A DNA stretch of 63,720 nucleotides, filler included, from Lama guanicoe (GCA_013239625.1; 186 parts of 186 records of this genome joined end to end with filler, not necessarily neighbours in it), one strand, 5' to 3'; shown: positions 11,893-25,962, counted from the whole stretch's first letter. Numbers and translations: made by a program. Notes: a model not told the origin generated them from the letters alone.

Positions 11893-13717
11893 TTTTTTTT
11901 TNNNNNNNNNNNNNNNNNNNNNNNNNNNNNNNNNNNNNNNNNNNNTTAATTAATTAANNNNNNNNNNNNNNNNNNNNNNNNNNNNNNNNNNNNNNNNNNN
12001 NCCAAAATCAGGGAGTGCATGAATTTTATAATCAGTGACTCATTTTACATCTGCCTGCGACTTATTTAGCCTTCAAGGTCAAAATAACTCCCCACCTCCT
12101 CTGTGACCGTTTGTACTCATTCGGAATTTCCGTAAGGCTTGTTTTCCAGCCTTCCTGACTTAGGGGCAGGAGACTATGCTCTGAATACTTTTGCATCTTC
12201 AGTTCCCATCCGTGTGCTGCACACACACGCAGCACACCACAGCTNNNNNNNNNNNNNNNNNNNNNNNNNNNNNNNNNNNNNNNNNNNNTTAATTAATTAA
12301 NNNNNNNNNNNNNNNNNNNNNNNNNNNNNNNNNNNNNNNNNNNNGTACCTCTTAACGTCACTGAGCCCCTCTGACAGCGCTGCCAGGTTACTTCGGGTTT
12401 TGTGTTTTCCACGGTGAGAAGTCCTGGGCAGTACTGAGAGCTGAGTGCCTTCCACAGGCTATGAGCTCCGGTTGGACCTTTTCTGCCATGAATGTAGTAC
12501 TGGAAATTAGTTACAGTCAGCCTGAGGCAGTAACCGTCGACTTTGCTCTATGACTCTTATTTGAGCTATCATTGACTTATTGTCTCANNNNNNNNNNNNN
12601 NNNNNNNNNNNNNNNNNNNNNNNNNNNNNNNTTAATTAATTAANNNNNNNNNNNNNNNNNNNNNNNNNNNNNNNNNNNNNNNNNNNNAAAAAATCCTGCA
12701 GTGAAATTTTATTCTTTTGGTTCTTACAGAAAGAAAATAAAGGTAGAACGTATGTTTCTGTCCTTAATTCTTTGCTCCTTAATTGTTCCCTTTATCCTGA
12801 GAAAGGTGTCTTTATTCTTTTCCATTTTAGATCTACTCCTTTTCAAATATTAATATTACATAGGTAATACTTATATATTAGTGTTAAATAATATTACTAA
12901 TGCTAATGTTACAATTTCTCTAAATAATCTNNNNNNNNNNNNNNNNNNNNNNNNNNNNNNNNNNNNNNNNNNNNTTAATTAATTAANNNNNNNNNNNNNN
13001 NNNNNNNNNNNNNNNNNNNNNNNNNNNNNNTCAGAGAGAGAGCCCCACACTGGCGGTAATTCAGGGCCCCCTCCCCAGGAGAACACAGTCTGCCCCCCAC
13101 TCACCCAGGCGGCCCTCTCGCCCACAGCAGCACCCCCCCTCTTGAAACCCTCCAGAGGGAACCTGTGTCCTTGGATAAGTGCTCTGCCAAACATCACACG
13201 TGCCTCCCAGATCCAGCTTTGCATAGAAAGGGCCAGTGGGCCTTTTCTAGAATTTACATGCAAGGCCCAGAGTNNNNNNNNNNNNNNNNNNNNNNNNNNN
13301 NNNNNNNNNNNNNNNNNTTAATTAATTAANNNNNNNNNNNNNNNNNNNNNNNNNNNNNNNNNNNNNNNNNNNNTAATTTCATCATCTGTCTCTCCTTTGT
13401 GATGTTGTATTATTTGCAAATTTGATAAACAAATCATTCTCTGTCAGGTGTATTCCAGAGTCTTAACTGAAAAGATTTATTTATTGAAATTTCAGCAATG
13501 AGCTCACTGTGTGACATGGTGACAGATAGTGGACCCTTCCATTTCCTCAGTAGAAAGCACTGTGTTCGGGCTGGGGACACTGGTGGTCCCACAGCACTCT
13601 CTGCTGATGTGACCCCNNNNNNNNNNNNNNNNNNNNNNNNNNNNNNNNNNNNNNNNNNNNTTAATTAATTAANNNNNNNNNNNNNNNNNNNNNNNNNNNN
13701 NNNNNNNNNNNNNNNNT

Positions 13718-13849
<132 letters not shown>

Positions 13850-15154
13850 TGAGAGACCGCTGCGCCGTCCTCCGCCCCCAGCCCTCAGCTACACAGTCAC
13901 AGAGACTAACGTGCCAGGTGCTGAGGTCAGTCCTGACCGCTGCACCCGTCCCCAGCCTGNNNNNNNNNNNNNNNNNNNNNNNNNNNNNNNNNNNNNNNNN
14001 NNNTTAATTAATTAANNNNNNNNNNNNNNNNNNNNNNNNNNNNNNNNNNNNNNNNNNNNACTAAGGAATGCGATACAGCGGCCACAATGGAAGTTTCAAA
14101 GTACACCAACTACTTACGAAAATTTCTACATTATCTATAATATAAATTCTGTATTAAGTTTTTAATATAATCAGAAAACAATCAGAAATTTGTTCAGAAG
14201 CCGTCAAAATACTACGAAGAATGCAGGAGAATGGAGATTATTTTTAAAGAAGACAAAGTTTCATAAAACAGGCAAATCCACTGATGTGCTCGTAAGGTCT
14301 GTNNNNNNNNNNNNNNNNNNNNNNNNNNNNNNNNNNNNNNNNNNNNTTAATTAATTAANNNNNNNNNNNNNNNNNNNNNNNNNNNNNNNNNNNNNNNNNN
14401 NNATGCTCAGGGCCTGGACCATCTTGACTCTCCAAATGTAATGCCACATCCCTTATCTCATTTACTCTTCAAAATAATATTGGGTGATTTTTTTAATGTA
14501 TAAAAATATCATATCACTATGTTGTGCACCAGAAACTAATACAGCGTTGTTGGTCAATTATACTTAAAAAACAAACAAGCAAACAAACAAATGCACAGGA
14601 AAAAAGATCAGATTTGTGGTTACAACCACCAGAGATGGGCGTAGGNNNNNNNNNNNNNNNNNNNNNNNNNNNNNNNNNNNNNNNNNNNNTTAATTAATTA
14701 ANNNNNNNNNNNNNNNNNNNNNNNNNNNNNNNNNNNNNNNNNNNNCATGTTGTCACTTCACTCAACACACAGACTCCTCCTGTAAAAGGAACTTACTGGT
14801 CTTGCACATTTGTTTTGAGAACCAGTAGCAGCAGGTGAAAACTTTTTTAATGCTAGACCAGAGAGGCCCATTTCAACCTTTACTACAAGACCCTGCAGCA
14901 CCTAAGCAGCACCTAAGAATCACACACCCCTTCCCTCTGCAACTTCCAGATCCCCCCTTTCCGGGATGCTTCTCCTTCTCAATCTCCTNNNNNNNNNNNN
15001 NNNNNNNNNNNNNNNNNNNNNNNNNNNNNNNNTTAATTAATTAANNNNNNNNNNNNNNNNNNNNNNNNNNNNNNNNNNNNNNNNNNNNAGGCCTGGGTTT
15101 GGGAGTAGCAGTGCCCACCCCTCTGGCGGCGGTGCTCCCCTGGGCAGGGCTTAC

Positions 15155-15229
15155 CCCGTGATGGACAGCGGCAGCTCGATGAAGACACGAGCTCGGGCAG
15201 AGACCGGACGCAGCTCCTGCTCGCTGATC
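15155..15229 (-). CDS. ITGA7: Integrin alpha-7, complete 75-bp internal exon
   Basis: Minus-strand acceptor ccacacgccag| and donor |gtaagc. Translates (T)ISEQELRPVSARARVFIELPLSIT(G), matching recalled ITGA7 ISEQELHPVSARARVFIELPLSIAG. Confidence 0.9.
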
Positions 15230-15431
15230 CTGGCGTGTGGCAGGGCGGGCGTGGGCAGCGGGCACAGACGCCACCCCAAGGGGTCAAGTGAGGACAGTGA
15301 AGCCCCTTCTAGGTGGACTTCCAGCCAACTTNNNNNNNNNNNNNNNNNNNNNNNNNNNNNNNNNNNNNNNNNNNNTTAATTAATTAANNNNNNNNNNNNN
15401 NNNNNNNNNNNNNNNNNNNNNNNNNNNNNNN

Positions 15432-15674
15432 TGGTCTGCGGGGTCGTGGTCAGGGTGCTGGTGGCTTCTGTTGTAGGTGTGGTAGTTGTAATGGTGGGGG
15501 TTAGGGTGCTCGGTGTGGGGCTGGGCACCACTGTAGTAACTGTAGGACTGCTCGTTGGCAACGTGGTGGTGGTCGGGGTGGGTGCACACCAGTCCATTTT
15601 CTCGCAGCAATAGACTCGGATCTCATAGTCATAGCAGACTGCAAAAGGTCCCTTTCCAAACTGGTCTTCATTCT
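15432..15674 (-). CDS. MUC2: Gel-forming mucin 2, end of CysD domain and start of PTS domain (open across the contig)
   Basis: NEDQFGKGPFAVCYDYEIRVYCCEKMDWCAPTPTTTTLPTSSPTVTT... versus recalled human MUC2 NEDQFGNGPFGLCYDYKIRVNCCWPMDKCITTPSPPTTT. Confidence 0.9.
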
Positions 15675-16549
15675 NNNNNNNNNNNNNNNNNNNNNNNNNN
15701 NNNNNNNNNNNNNNNNNNTTAATTAATTAANNNNNNNNNNNNNNNNNNNNNNNNNNNNNNNNNNNNNNNNNNNNGTTAATTTCAATAATCCATTTTTAGT
15801 TTTATACCAGTTCTTTCTGTTGTGATACCCCAACCATTTTAATAATGATGAAAAATGGAGTTAAGGGAGTAACCAACAGCTTATAAGACAGGATTACTTA
15901 TCTTCCATGTCATTATCAGATTGTAGTCCTTTAAACTTTTTTGACAAGGTTAGATAAGCTAATAAACTTTCTATGCAATACCAAATTAATGCATACAGAT
16001 AAAAATAACTTTTATAANNNNNNNNNNNNNNNNNNNNNNNNNNNNNNNNNNNNNNNNNNNNTTAATTAATTAANNNNNNNNNNNNNNNNNNNNNNNNNNN
16101 NNNNNNNNNNNNNNNNNGCACTCGGGACCCGAGGGACAAGGAGGGAATCCACGCACCCACCAGGGCAACTGGAGAGTCACAGAGCCCAGGCCTCCCTGAG
16201 ATGCCTGGGGTCCCCTAGGTGCTGCCATAATGGGCTCCACCCAGCAGGACCCTAGAGCGCAGAAGGCTGCCCTGTGGCCGCTTCACCTCCGGCGGGGAGG
16301 GGACAGAAGTATATTTCCCTCTGTGAGGCCTTTAATTTTCAAGGGGTACAAAATTCCAGCNNNNNNNNNNNNNNNNNNNNNNNNNNNNNNNNNNNNNNNN
16401 NNNNTTAATTAATTAANNNNNNNNNNNNNNNNNNNNNNNNNNNNNNNNNNNNNNNNNNNNCATCGGGTGTGAATTCACAACACCCAGCTCTGTCTCTCCA
16501 TCCGCCCTCAGAGGAAAAGCTCAGAGAACGGACTTCCTTGCATCTTCTG

Positions 16550-16703
16550 AGGCATAAACGGAAGCTCCTCCCTGATCACGCAGATTACGGTCACCCCGCT
16601 GCGCCGTGCTGCGCCCTGAGCGGGCCCGGTCCACGCCGCACCAGGCGCTCGTGCGGCGCAGAGGTGGCGTCCGGGCCCGGGCCTGCGAGGCCGCGGCACC
16701 CTT
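16550..16703. promoter_or_regulatory. CpG-island edge
   Basis: Dense CpG and GC-rich; ETS-like CGGAAG near 16558; no recognisable protein. Confidence 0.45.
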
Positions 16704-18518
16704 NNNNNNNNNNNNNNNNNNNNNNNNNNNNNNNNNNNNNNNNNNNNTTAATTAATTAANNNNNNNNNNNNNNNNNNNNNNNNNNNNNNNNNNNNNNNNN
16801 NNNAGCCCCAGCTCTGGGACTGTGTTCTTCTGAGTCACCATTTCCGAGCTCCGCAGCCGACATGTGGGCTGGTGGCCGAGGGGCACCGTGTTGACAGGAC
16901 CCGCGAGGCTGTCGGTCCGGCACCCAGGACCCACTCCTTGGCGGAGCGCCTACCACCCTTGACCCCATGGTGGCTTTTGTCTGTCATCACCCCTCCATGA
17001 ATTTCAGGATTCAGCTTCTGTTGTAATTTTTTCACTCCTCTCTTTANNNNNNNNNNNNNNNNNNNNNNNNNNNNNNNNNNNNNNNNNNNNTTAATTAATT
17101 AANNNNNNNNNNNNNNNNNNNNNNNNNNNNNNNNNNNNNNNNNNNNAGGCAAGGATATATTTTCATTTTTTTCCTGTGAATAACAAATTTTCACTATTTA
17201 TTTAAAAGTCTATCATTGCTCATCGATCTGTGATGCCATCTTTCTAACATAGGTCTTTTTGCTTATCCCAACCCCGATACCATATTGTCTCAATTATTGT
17301 GACTTTAAAATAACTTCATATCTGTAGGGCAAGACCTCTTACTTTTTTCCTTTTCTTCAAGAGAGTTTGGCTATTCTTGACTTTTTGCANNNNNNNNNNN
17401 NNNNNNNNNNNNNNNNNNNNNNNNNNNNNNNNNTTAATTAATTAANNNNNNNNNNNNNNNNNNNNNNNNNNNNNNNNNNNNNNNNNNNNTCCGGGCAGGC
17501 TTCCTGTGGTCCTTTCAGTAGTCTGCTCTTGGTCAAGGTCATTACAGTCTAGGTGCCAGACTGTGGTGTCTTTGGCCCTTGAAGGGATCAGTGTTTCTGG
17601 CTCCCTGATTCAAGTAGTGTTTTTTGCCCCTTAGGAAATTAGAGGATACCAGTTGGTACCTAGCGGCGGATGCTGCTTGGCTACCCAGCTAAGAAGAATC
17701 TAGCCTGCAAGGGCAGATGGGGCTTGGGCAAGNNNNNNNNNNNNNNNNNNNNNNNNNNNNNNNNNNNNNNNNNNNNTTAATTAATTAANNNNNNNNNNNN
17801 NNNNNNNNNNNNNNNNNNNNNNNNNNNNNNNNTCTGAGGGTGAGTAAAATGAGTAAATATTGGAAATAAAAAGAGCAAAATAATAAATACTACTTCTTCT
17901 ACACGCAAGTTAAACTTTGTTTTCTGTATGTAACAACCTGGTCATGTCAAAGTCGTTTTTAAACTCTTTTATCTTTCTATTCCTGTCCTGTTTTGTGTGT
18001 GTGAGTGTGTTTTTGTGTTTTCTTTCTGGTTTTGTTGCTGTTGTTCAAGTCATGGAAATCACCATTTTTCCAACANNNNNNNNNNNNNNNNNNNNNNNNN
18101 NNNNNNNNNNNNNNNNNNNTTAATTAATTAANNNNNNNNNNNNNNNNNNNNNNNNNNNNNNNNNNNNNNNNNNNNGGGTACCCATAAGGTTCACATCCAG
18201 CCAAGAAGAGGTAGTGGGCATCACCGGGGATTCCTGGCAAGGTTTTTTGTCACAATGAGAGGATGATGAGTAACGAGGAAGCCCGCTTCACTCTCACTGC
18301 TCCTTTCCTATTGTAGAAACATCGTTTTAGAAAATTGGTTTCTGGGACTGTGAACGTTTCCTTGATTTGCAGAAGCAGTAAGTCTGGGGCAAGCGCACTG
18401 CACTGAGGGGGCAGAGTTNNNNNNNNNNNNNNNNNNNNNNNNNNNNNNNNNNNNNNNNNNNNTTAATTAATTAANNNNNNNNNNNNNNNNNNNNNNNNNN
18501 NNNNNNNNNNNNNNNNNN

Positions 18519-18761
18519 TGTTACCCCGTCCCACTTCTGATGTTGTCTGTGCCTTCTTGCTTTTAATTTTCCTCGGTTTGGCTGTAGGTTTGTCAGTTTC
18601 ATTCATTTTTCCAAAGAACTAGCTTTTTGTCTCGTTGATTTTTTCCGTTGTTTCCTGTTTTCAGCCTCTCCGATTTCCACGTGTGTCTTTCCTGTCTCCT
18701 TCCTTCTCGTCGTTTGGGTGTCTTTGGATTTTATATTTCTAATTTTTTGAGGTCAAAGTGT
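18519..18761 (-). mobile_element. Old LINE-1 ORF2 fragment
   Basis: ggtttgtcagtttcattcatttttccaaagaactagctttttgtctcgttgattttt. Confidence 0.75.
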
Positions 18762-19547
18762 NNNNNNNNNNNNNNNNNNNNNNNNNNNNNNNNNNNNNNN
18801 NNNNNTTAATTAATTAANNNNNNNNNNNNNNNNNNNNNNNNNNNNNNNNNNNNNNNNNNNNCAGAATCCCAAAGAATTTATTTGAAATCTTTAAATGTTT
18901 TAATAACATGAATATTCATAATACAATTGAATATCTCAGGTTATAATATTCATTCATAAAATCAATTATTAATTTGTCAGGTGTTTAAGAAGAATCTCTT
19001 AGGGGTAGGGAAACTTCCTCATCAACTGTCACTTCCCTGAGAACCACATCCTGTAGGATCTTAAGGAAGCCGTTGCTTTTGAGCGTGAGTTTGCATTGAG
19101 AACANNNNNNNNNNNNNNNNNNNNNNNNNNNNNNNNNNNNNNNNNNNNTTAATTAATTAANNNNNNNNNNNNNNNNNNNNNNNNNNNNNNNNNNNNNNNN
19201 NNNNTTCAAAAGGACATAAACTCACTAGATCTGGAAACCAATCTATCTGGATCCCAATGAATTTTGTGACTCAGGTGAGGGTCGAACATGACAGGTGCTA
19301 AATTCATATTAACTGAACGTGGATCAAACAATGGACACTAGCAATCTTACCAAACACACTGTCCTTTTAATGTATATACAAAGAAAACTTTCTTGTACGT
19401 TGTTTGTTACAACATATATTCTACTGAGTTGCCAGAAAATAAAAGGTNNNNNNNNNNNNNNNNNNNNNNNNNNNNNNNNNNNNNNNNNNNNTTAATTAAT
19501 TAANNNNNNNNNNNNNNNNNNNNNNNNNNNNNNNNNNNNNNNNNNNN

Positions 19548-19790
19548 CCAGCATCTATCACTTAGAGACTTTTCAGCGATGGCCATTCTGGCCGGCATGA
19601 GATGATATCTCATGGTAGTCTTGATCTCCGTTTCTCTGACAATTAGCGATGCTGAGCTTTTTTTCATGTGCCTATTGGCCATTTGCATATCTTCATTGGA
19701 GAACTGCTTGCTTAGATCTTCTGCCCATTTTTGGTTTGAGTTGTTTGTTTCTTTGATATTAAGGTGTATGAGCTGTTTGTACATTTTGAA
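19548..19790 (-). mobile_element. LINE-1 ORF2 fragment, frame open across the contig
   Basis: [69 protein letters not shown]...RCW. Confidence 0.95.
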
Positions 19791-19890
19791 NNNNNNNNNN
19801 NNNNNNNNNNNNNNNNNNNNNNNNNNNNNNNNNNTTAATTAATTAANNNNNNNNNNNNNNNNNNNNNNNNNNNNNNNNNNNNNNNNNNNN

Positions 19891-20133
19891 GAGGAAAATT
19901 TCTTCCTCCCTGACAGCTCTGATGAAATAAAAATTTATATTCTACGGTAAGCCAAAGAACTTTAACCATAAAAATTGTCCTCTGCCCTTTAACTTCTTCT
20001 CCCCTCTGCTATGCATTGTGTGTCTGCATTATGCACCAAACCCCCCATCAGCAGAAATACCCATCAGCTCAACCACAAAGAGGTACATTCTGTCAATAAG
20101 ATAACTCCTTAGGAGACAGCTTTCCTTTTTAAT
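19891..20133. mobile_element. Probable LTR sequence (end of one LTR abutting the start of another)
   Basis: ggaaaatttcttcctccctgaCA-type terminus followed by TGatgaaataaaaattta...; family assigned only by general resemblance to ERV1 LTRs. Confidence 0.35.
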
Positions 20134-20919
20134 NNNNNNNNNNNNNNNNNNNNNNNNNNNNNNNNNNNNNNNNNNNNTTAATTAATTAANNNNNNNNNNN
20201 NNNNNNNNNNNNNNNNNNNNNNNNNNNNNNNNNAGCACAGCGGATACTGAAAATGGGGCAATTTGAGTGAATGGGAATGGACGTAACCGAGCAGTCATTG
20301 ACTGTGTGATTTGCCCAGTTTCTCCAAAATGTAGGGGTAGCAAGCAAAGCAGATAAATTCAGGGATCTTGGGGTGGGGATTCAGGTGGGCTGACACCTGG
20401 GTGGTCCCAGGTAGCTGATTCACTGTGTAAAATAGTGACTATGATCCAGACAGTGACACATTGTCAAATTCTTGTGNNNNNNNNNNNNNNNNNNNNNNNN
20501 NNNNNNNNNNNNNNNNNNNNTTAATTAATTAANNNNNNNNNNNNNNNNNNNNNNNNNNNNNNNNNNNNNNNNNNNNTATTTTTCTTTGAAACAGAATCTT
20601 CATTATACTCAGGTTTCCCCAGATTATAGTATCTCAGTGTAACAGAATGAAGTTAAATAAACTAAGTATAATAGCTGGTTTATGAGTAGCAATGTGCCGG
20701 GAACACATTAAAAAATATTTAAGATTTTCAGTGGGAATAAAGAAAAATTTGTTGTACCAGATGTAATTTGAAATTTGTTTTCTTCTTCACACTTTCAATA
20801 TATATGGGATTTTGGTATTNNNNNNNNNNNNNNNNNNNNNNNNNNNNNNNNNNNNNNNNNNNNTTAATTAATTAANNNNNNNNNNNNNNNNNNNNNNNNN
20901 NNNNNNNNNNNNNNNNNNN

Positions 20920-21162
20920 TTTACAAAACAGACAGAGACTCACAGACATAGAAAACAAACTCCTGGTTCCCCGAGGGGAAGGGAGGGGTAAATTCGAAAG
21001 CTGGGACTAGCAGGTGCAAACCACTACATGTAACAGGATAAACAGCAAGGTCCTGCCGTGCAGCACAGGGGGCCACAGGCAGCGTCTTGTGGTGACCTGT
21101 CATTAAAAAGAATGTGGAAAATACGTTTATGTGTAACTGAACCGCCGTGCTGCACATCAGAA
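20920..21162 (+). mobile_element. LINE-1 3' UTR (artiodactyl type)
   Basis: tttacaaaacag..agactcacagacatagaaaacaaact...gataaacagcaaggtcct..agcacaggg...aactgaa..gctgcacatcagaa. Confidence 0.85.
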
Positions 21163-24069
21163 NNNNNNNNNNNNNNNNNNNNNNNNNNNNNNNNNNNNNN
21201 NNNNNNTTAATTAATTAANNNNNNNNNNNNNNNNNNNNNNNNNNNNNNNNNNNNNNNNNNNNCCCCCACCCCACTGGTCTTGGCCTGTTGCTATGGTGAC
21301 ATCACACCTGTTAAATCATGATGCAGATCTGAGATACATTTTGACATCAAGAATAACAACTGTTACTTGGGGGGCAAGTTTCTCAATTTCATGGCTCTCT
21401 CTGTTCCAGATTCAATTTAGAATCATCCTGAGAAATTCCACTTAAAAATAGGATGCTGATGGAGAGACAACTGCATTTATTATAGGAAAATGATTAGATT
21501 TCCACNNNNNNNNNNNNNNNNNNNNNNNNNNNNNNNNNNNNNNNNNNNNTTAATTAATTAANNNNNNNNNNNNNNNNNNNNNNNNNNNNNNNNNNNNNNN
21601 NNNNNCAGTGTACATTTGGTACAGGTTCGGAAACGCTGCAGATTCATTCAGAGACTCAAGCATGTAAGTCCACATGGCAGATCTCTTTTATAGATAGGGA
21701 GTCTGATAGATACACAGTGTGAATGCAAATCACAGTGTGAATGCAAATGCACTCATAAAAGTGTCTGTGGAATTACAGGGTACCCAATCCCGTGCATCCG
21801 AGAACCAGTCTGAGAGTGTGGGGGCTGATTACTCTCCAGGATTTAAAANNNNNNNNNNNNNNNNNNNNNNNNNNNNNNNNNNNNNNNNNNNNTTAATTAA
21901 TTAANNNNNNNNNNNNNNNNNNNNNNNNNNNNNNNNNNNNNNNNNNNNCAAAGTACTGTCTGTCCCCCTCATTAGAATGGACTTCTTGAGACCAGAACAC
22001 ATACCCCATTCCTCCATGTTTTCCCCATAATGACCAACTCTGTGCCTGATGCACTGTAGATATTGGCATAGTGAATCTGCTCGCTGATTTGAGACCAATA
22101 TTTCCAAGAGGGACCCCACAATTTATTATTAATAGCTGAGTAAAAATTTGTCTCTGGTCTCCAAGTCCTGGCTTCCTACTTTTCTTTCTGTNNNNNNNNN
22201 NNNNNNNNNNNNNNNNNNNNNNNNNNNNNNNNNNNTTAATTAATTAANNNNNNNNNNNNNNNNNNNNNNNNNNNNNNNNNNNNNNNNNNNNTGTGGTCAG
22301 CAGAGTTCTCACTGGGGACGCCGGGCAGCTAACGCCCAGCTGCCTCTGCGCTCAGGAGGACGACTCCCTCCCCAACCCAACCCCGAATGTTCTCGCTGCC
22401 CCAGGGGCTGTGGGACGAATAGTGCGATGAACGGCTTGTTCTGAACTGTAGGGTGTGTGAGCGGTGTGGGGACCAGGTGGGGGCTGCAGACACGGCCCCC
22501 TTCTCAGCCTCACATGGATTAGCGTCAAACATCANNNNNNNNNNNNNNNNNNNNNNNNNNNNNNNNNNNNNNNNNNNNTTAATTAATTAANNNNNNNNNN
22601 NNNNNNNNNNNNNNNNNNNNNNNNNNNNNNNNNNATCTGTCATTCACAGTTACATCAAGGTGAGACCTTCTGGGGGACACGGCAGTTCCAAAGAGGAAGA
22701 CTTTAGGAAACGTAGGCTGCTGCTATTACACAGGGTCTAACAGGTGAAAAAAAAGTAATCCTTGCCCTTTAGTGGGTGTAAACTTTTTTTTCATCATTCT
22801 TTTTTTTAGAATGATATCTTTAATTTTATTAAAGAGAGAAAAGAGAGGTTATCAAAGGATATGGTATCTAAGATAAANNNNNNNNNNNNNNNNNNNNNNN
22901 NNNNNNNNNNNNNNNNNNNNNTTAATTAATTAANNNNNNNNNNNNNNNNNNNNNNNNNNNNNNNNNNNNNNNNNNNNAAAAAACTGCACAGCTAGACAGG
23001 AGTCCTAGGTATCACAGTGCAAAGAAATACGCTTATCCTTTCCCCAAGAAATAAGTATAATGCCGCACAGTATGGTCAAAACAATCATGTTAGGGCTTTA
23101 AATTAGATTAAGTCCAGGAAAGCTACTTTTTTTTCAGGAAACAAAACTGAATATAAATTGCTGCAACATATTACTTAAAACCTCCATAATTCAGCAAATA
23201 TTTATGAGATATACAGAGAANNNNNNNNNNNNNNNNNNNNNNNNNNNNNNNNNNNNNNNNNNNNTTAATTAATTAANNNNNNNNNNNNNNNNNNNNNNNN
23301 NNNNNNNNNNNNNNNNNNNNCTCATCTTTATTTTACAATCAAAATCTAAGTCGGTTTTAATTGAGAATCCCTTTAACACTTCAAAAGCCTGAACCAGTTT
23401 GCAGTAAGAAAAGTGCCATGGTAAACACTTGAAATTTGAGGTCCTATTTCTGATAAAGCTTATGAATCATGATCCAAACATGCTAGTAATTATTCAGAGA
23501 AAGTGCCACTATCAGAATTTCTGATGTAATTTCTAGTTGTATATAGTTTCATTGCATGAGAAANNNNNNNNNNNNNNNNNNNNNNNNNNNNNNNNNNNNN
23601 NNNNNNNTTAATTAATTAANNNNNNNNNNNNNNNNNNNNNNNNNNNNNNNNNNNNNNNNNNNNTCAGCAGAGAAGGAAACACATGGGAATACTGTTAAAA
23701 TATAAAGTTTGAGCAGGAGGGAAAACAGATAGGGAGGGCTGTGGGGGTTGGGGTGGGAGAGAAAGCTGAACAGGTGAGGTGTGGGAAGGGCATCCCGGGC
23801 ACGGGCACAGCAGGGACAAAGGTCCGGTGGTGGGGAAAACAGAGTCCATTGTGTGTGATCCCGCTCAGCGGGAACACAGCCCCAGGGAGGGAAATAACAT
23901 TCGGAANNNNNNNNNNNNNNNNNNNNNNNNNNNNNNNNNNNNNNNNNNNNTTAATTAATTAANNNNNNNNNNNNNNNNNNNNNNNNNNNNNNNNNNNNNN
24001 NNNNNNGTTCAGCCTGGGGCTTCAGGAGAGGCGGCCCAATTATTGAAACCTGGAGATGGGAGGGTCTCA

Positions 24070-24170
24070 GGTTATTCCCTCCACCCCTCATCCTGAAGAT
24101 GAGGAAACTGAGGCCCAGAGATGGGCAGAAACTTGCCTGAGTGCCCCTCAAGGCTGCGGTGGTTCCAGGG
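24070..24170 (-). mobile_element. MIR SINE core
   Basis: gatgaggaaactgaggcccagagatgggcagaaacttgcctgag. Confidence 0.75.
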
Positions 24171-25721
24171 TGGCACCCTGCTCTTGGCCCCCACCCAGGG
24201 CTCCCATGTGCTGCAGGCTGAGTTCTGGATATTTCCATCAGCTGTGACCNNNNNNNNNNNNNNNNNNNNNNNNNNNNNNNNNNNNNNNNNNNNTTAATTA
24301 ATTAANNNNNNNNNNNNNNNNNNNNNNNNNNNNNNNNNNNNNNNNNNNNGGGATGGGGTGGTCCTGTGAAATGCCCTCTGGCCCCGGGTGGAAACAGGCT
24401 GAGCAGGGAGCCCTTTTCCTCCCCTTTGCTTTGTTTGCCTTTCTTGCTGCCTGCAGAGAGGAAGTCTCCTATGGAAGGCACTGTGGACCAGAGAGAAAGT
24501 TACATCATGTTGGAAATGCTGGCTGCTCTGACACTAACAAAACCTTGGTCTCAGAGCTGAGGAGAGAAAAATCTTTTGGTGCAGATTAAAGCNNNNNNNN
24601 NNNNNNNNNNNNNNNNNNNNNNNNNNNNNNNNNNNNTTAATTAATTAANNNNNNNNNNNNNNNNNNNNNNNNNNNNNNNNNNNNNNNNNNNNTGGGAGAG
24701 GGAGGAGGAAGCTGTGCGGAAAGGTACCATCTGGGGTCTACGGAAGCTCTGTGTCTTACCTGAAAGTTTTCCAGAAGTCTCATACATTAAACCTCACAAA
24801 AATACATTTGCCACATGACCCAAGACATATATGGATATATTATTAAGGGAAATGAAAGTTTCATCAAGGAAGATTTACCTTAACGACTTATGTTCCACTC
24901 TGATTTTTTTAAATTCTATTCTTTAAAAAAAAAAANNNNNNNNNNNNNNNNNNNNNNNNNNNNNNNNNNNNNNNNNNNNTTAATTAATTAANNNNNNNNN
25001 NNNNNNNNNNNNNNNNNNNNNNNNNNNNNNNNNNNGGTGGGAATGGACATCAAACACAAGGCCGAGAATTATTATAAGGTGTACGTCTTGAACACAAACA
25101 ATGTTTATATGTCAATTACACCTCAGTAAAGTCGTTTGAAGTAAGCAAAATAAATAACAAATAAGTAAATAAAAATTTCTCCATTGGCCCCAGATTCTTC
25201 TTTACCTCCTCCTGCATCTCTCTCCACTCACAACCATCTCCTAGAAAGAAAATCTACACTGGATGACCACTTCTCTTCNNNNNNNNNNNNNNNNNNNNNN
25301 NNNNNNNNNNNNNNNNNNNNNNTTAATTAATTAANNNNNNNNNNNNNNNNNNNNNNNNNNNNNNNNNNNNNNNNNNNNTTGGACTTAGTTATTCTGTTAT
25401 GAAAGGAATGAGTTTAGACAGTTATACGTGACAAATATTTATTTTAAAATGAGTAAAACAACAAAATAATGAAATTCAATCATTAGTCACCTCCACTGCT
25501 TAACCAAAGGATCTAGTTACAGAAAGTGTTATTAACACATTCTACCAATCTCAAGGAAGAAATATTCCCTGCCAATTGCAAAATAATTTAGAGTCTACGC
25601 AAGGAGCTAAAACAATCCGTTNNNNNNNNNNNNNNNNNNNNNNNNNNNNNNNNNNNNNNNNNNNNTTAATTAATTAANNNNNNNNNNNNNNNNNNNNNNN
25701 NNNNNNNNNNNNNNNNNNNNN

Positions 25722-25962
25722 TTATCTATTTTGTGTATAGTAGTGTGTATATGTTAATCCCAAACTCCTAGTTTATCCGTCCCCCCTCCTTTCCCCCTTT
25801 GGTAACCATAGTTTATTTTCTGTGTCTGGCGGGTCTGTTTCTGGCTTGTAGATAAGTAATAGATTCCATGTATGATATTTGTCTTTCTCTGTCTGACTTA
25901 TTAGTTCATTTAATGTGATCATCTCCAGGTCCATCCATGTTGCTGCAAATGGCATTATTTCA
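25722..25962 (-). mobile_element. LINE-1 ORF2 end and 3' UTR
   Basis: Minus-strand MPFAATWMDLEMITLNE. Confidence 0.92.

Noticed and set aside
21713..21748. Tandem 18-bp duplication CACAGTGTGAATGCAAAT containing an RSS heptamer and an octamer motif, suggesting an immunoglobulin locus
   Set aside because: No ACAAAAACC-like nonamer at 12 or 23 bp spacing and no V, D or J coding sequence; a simple local duplication
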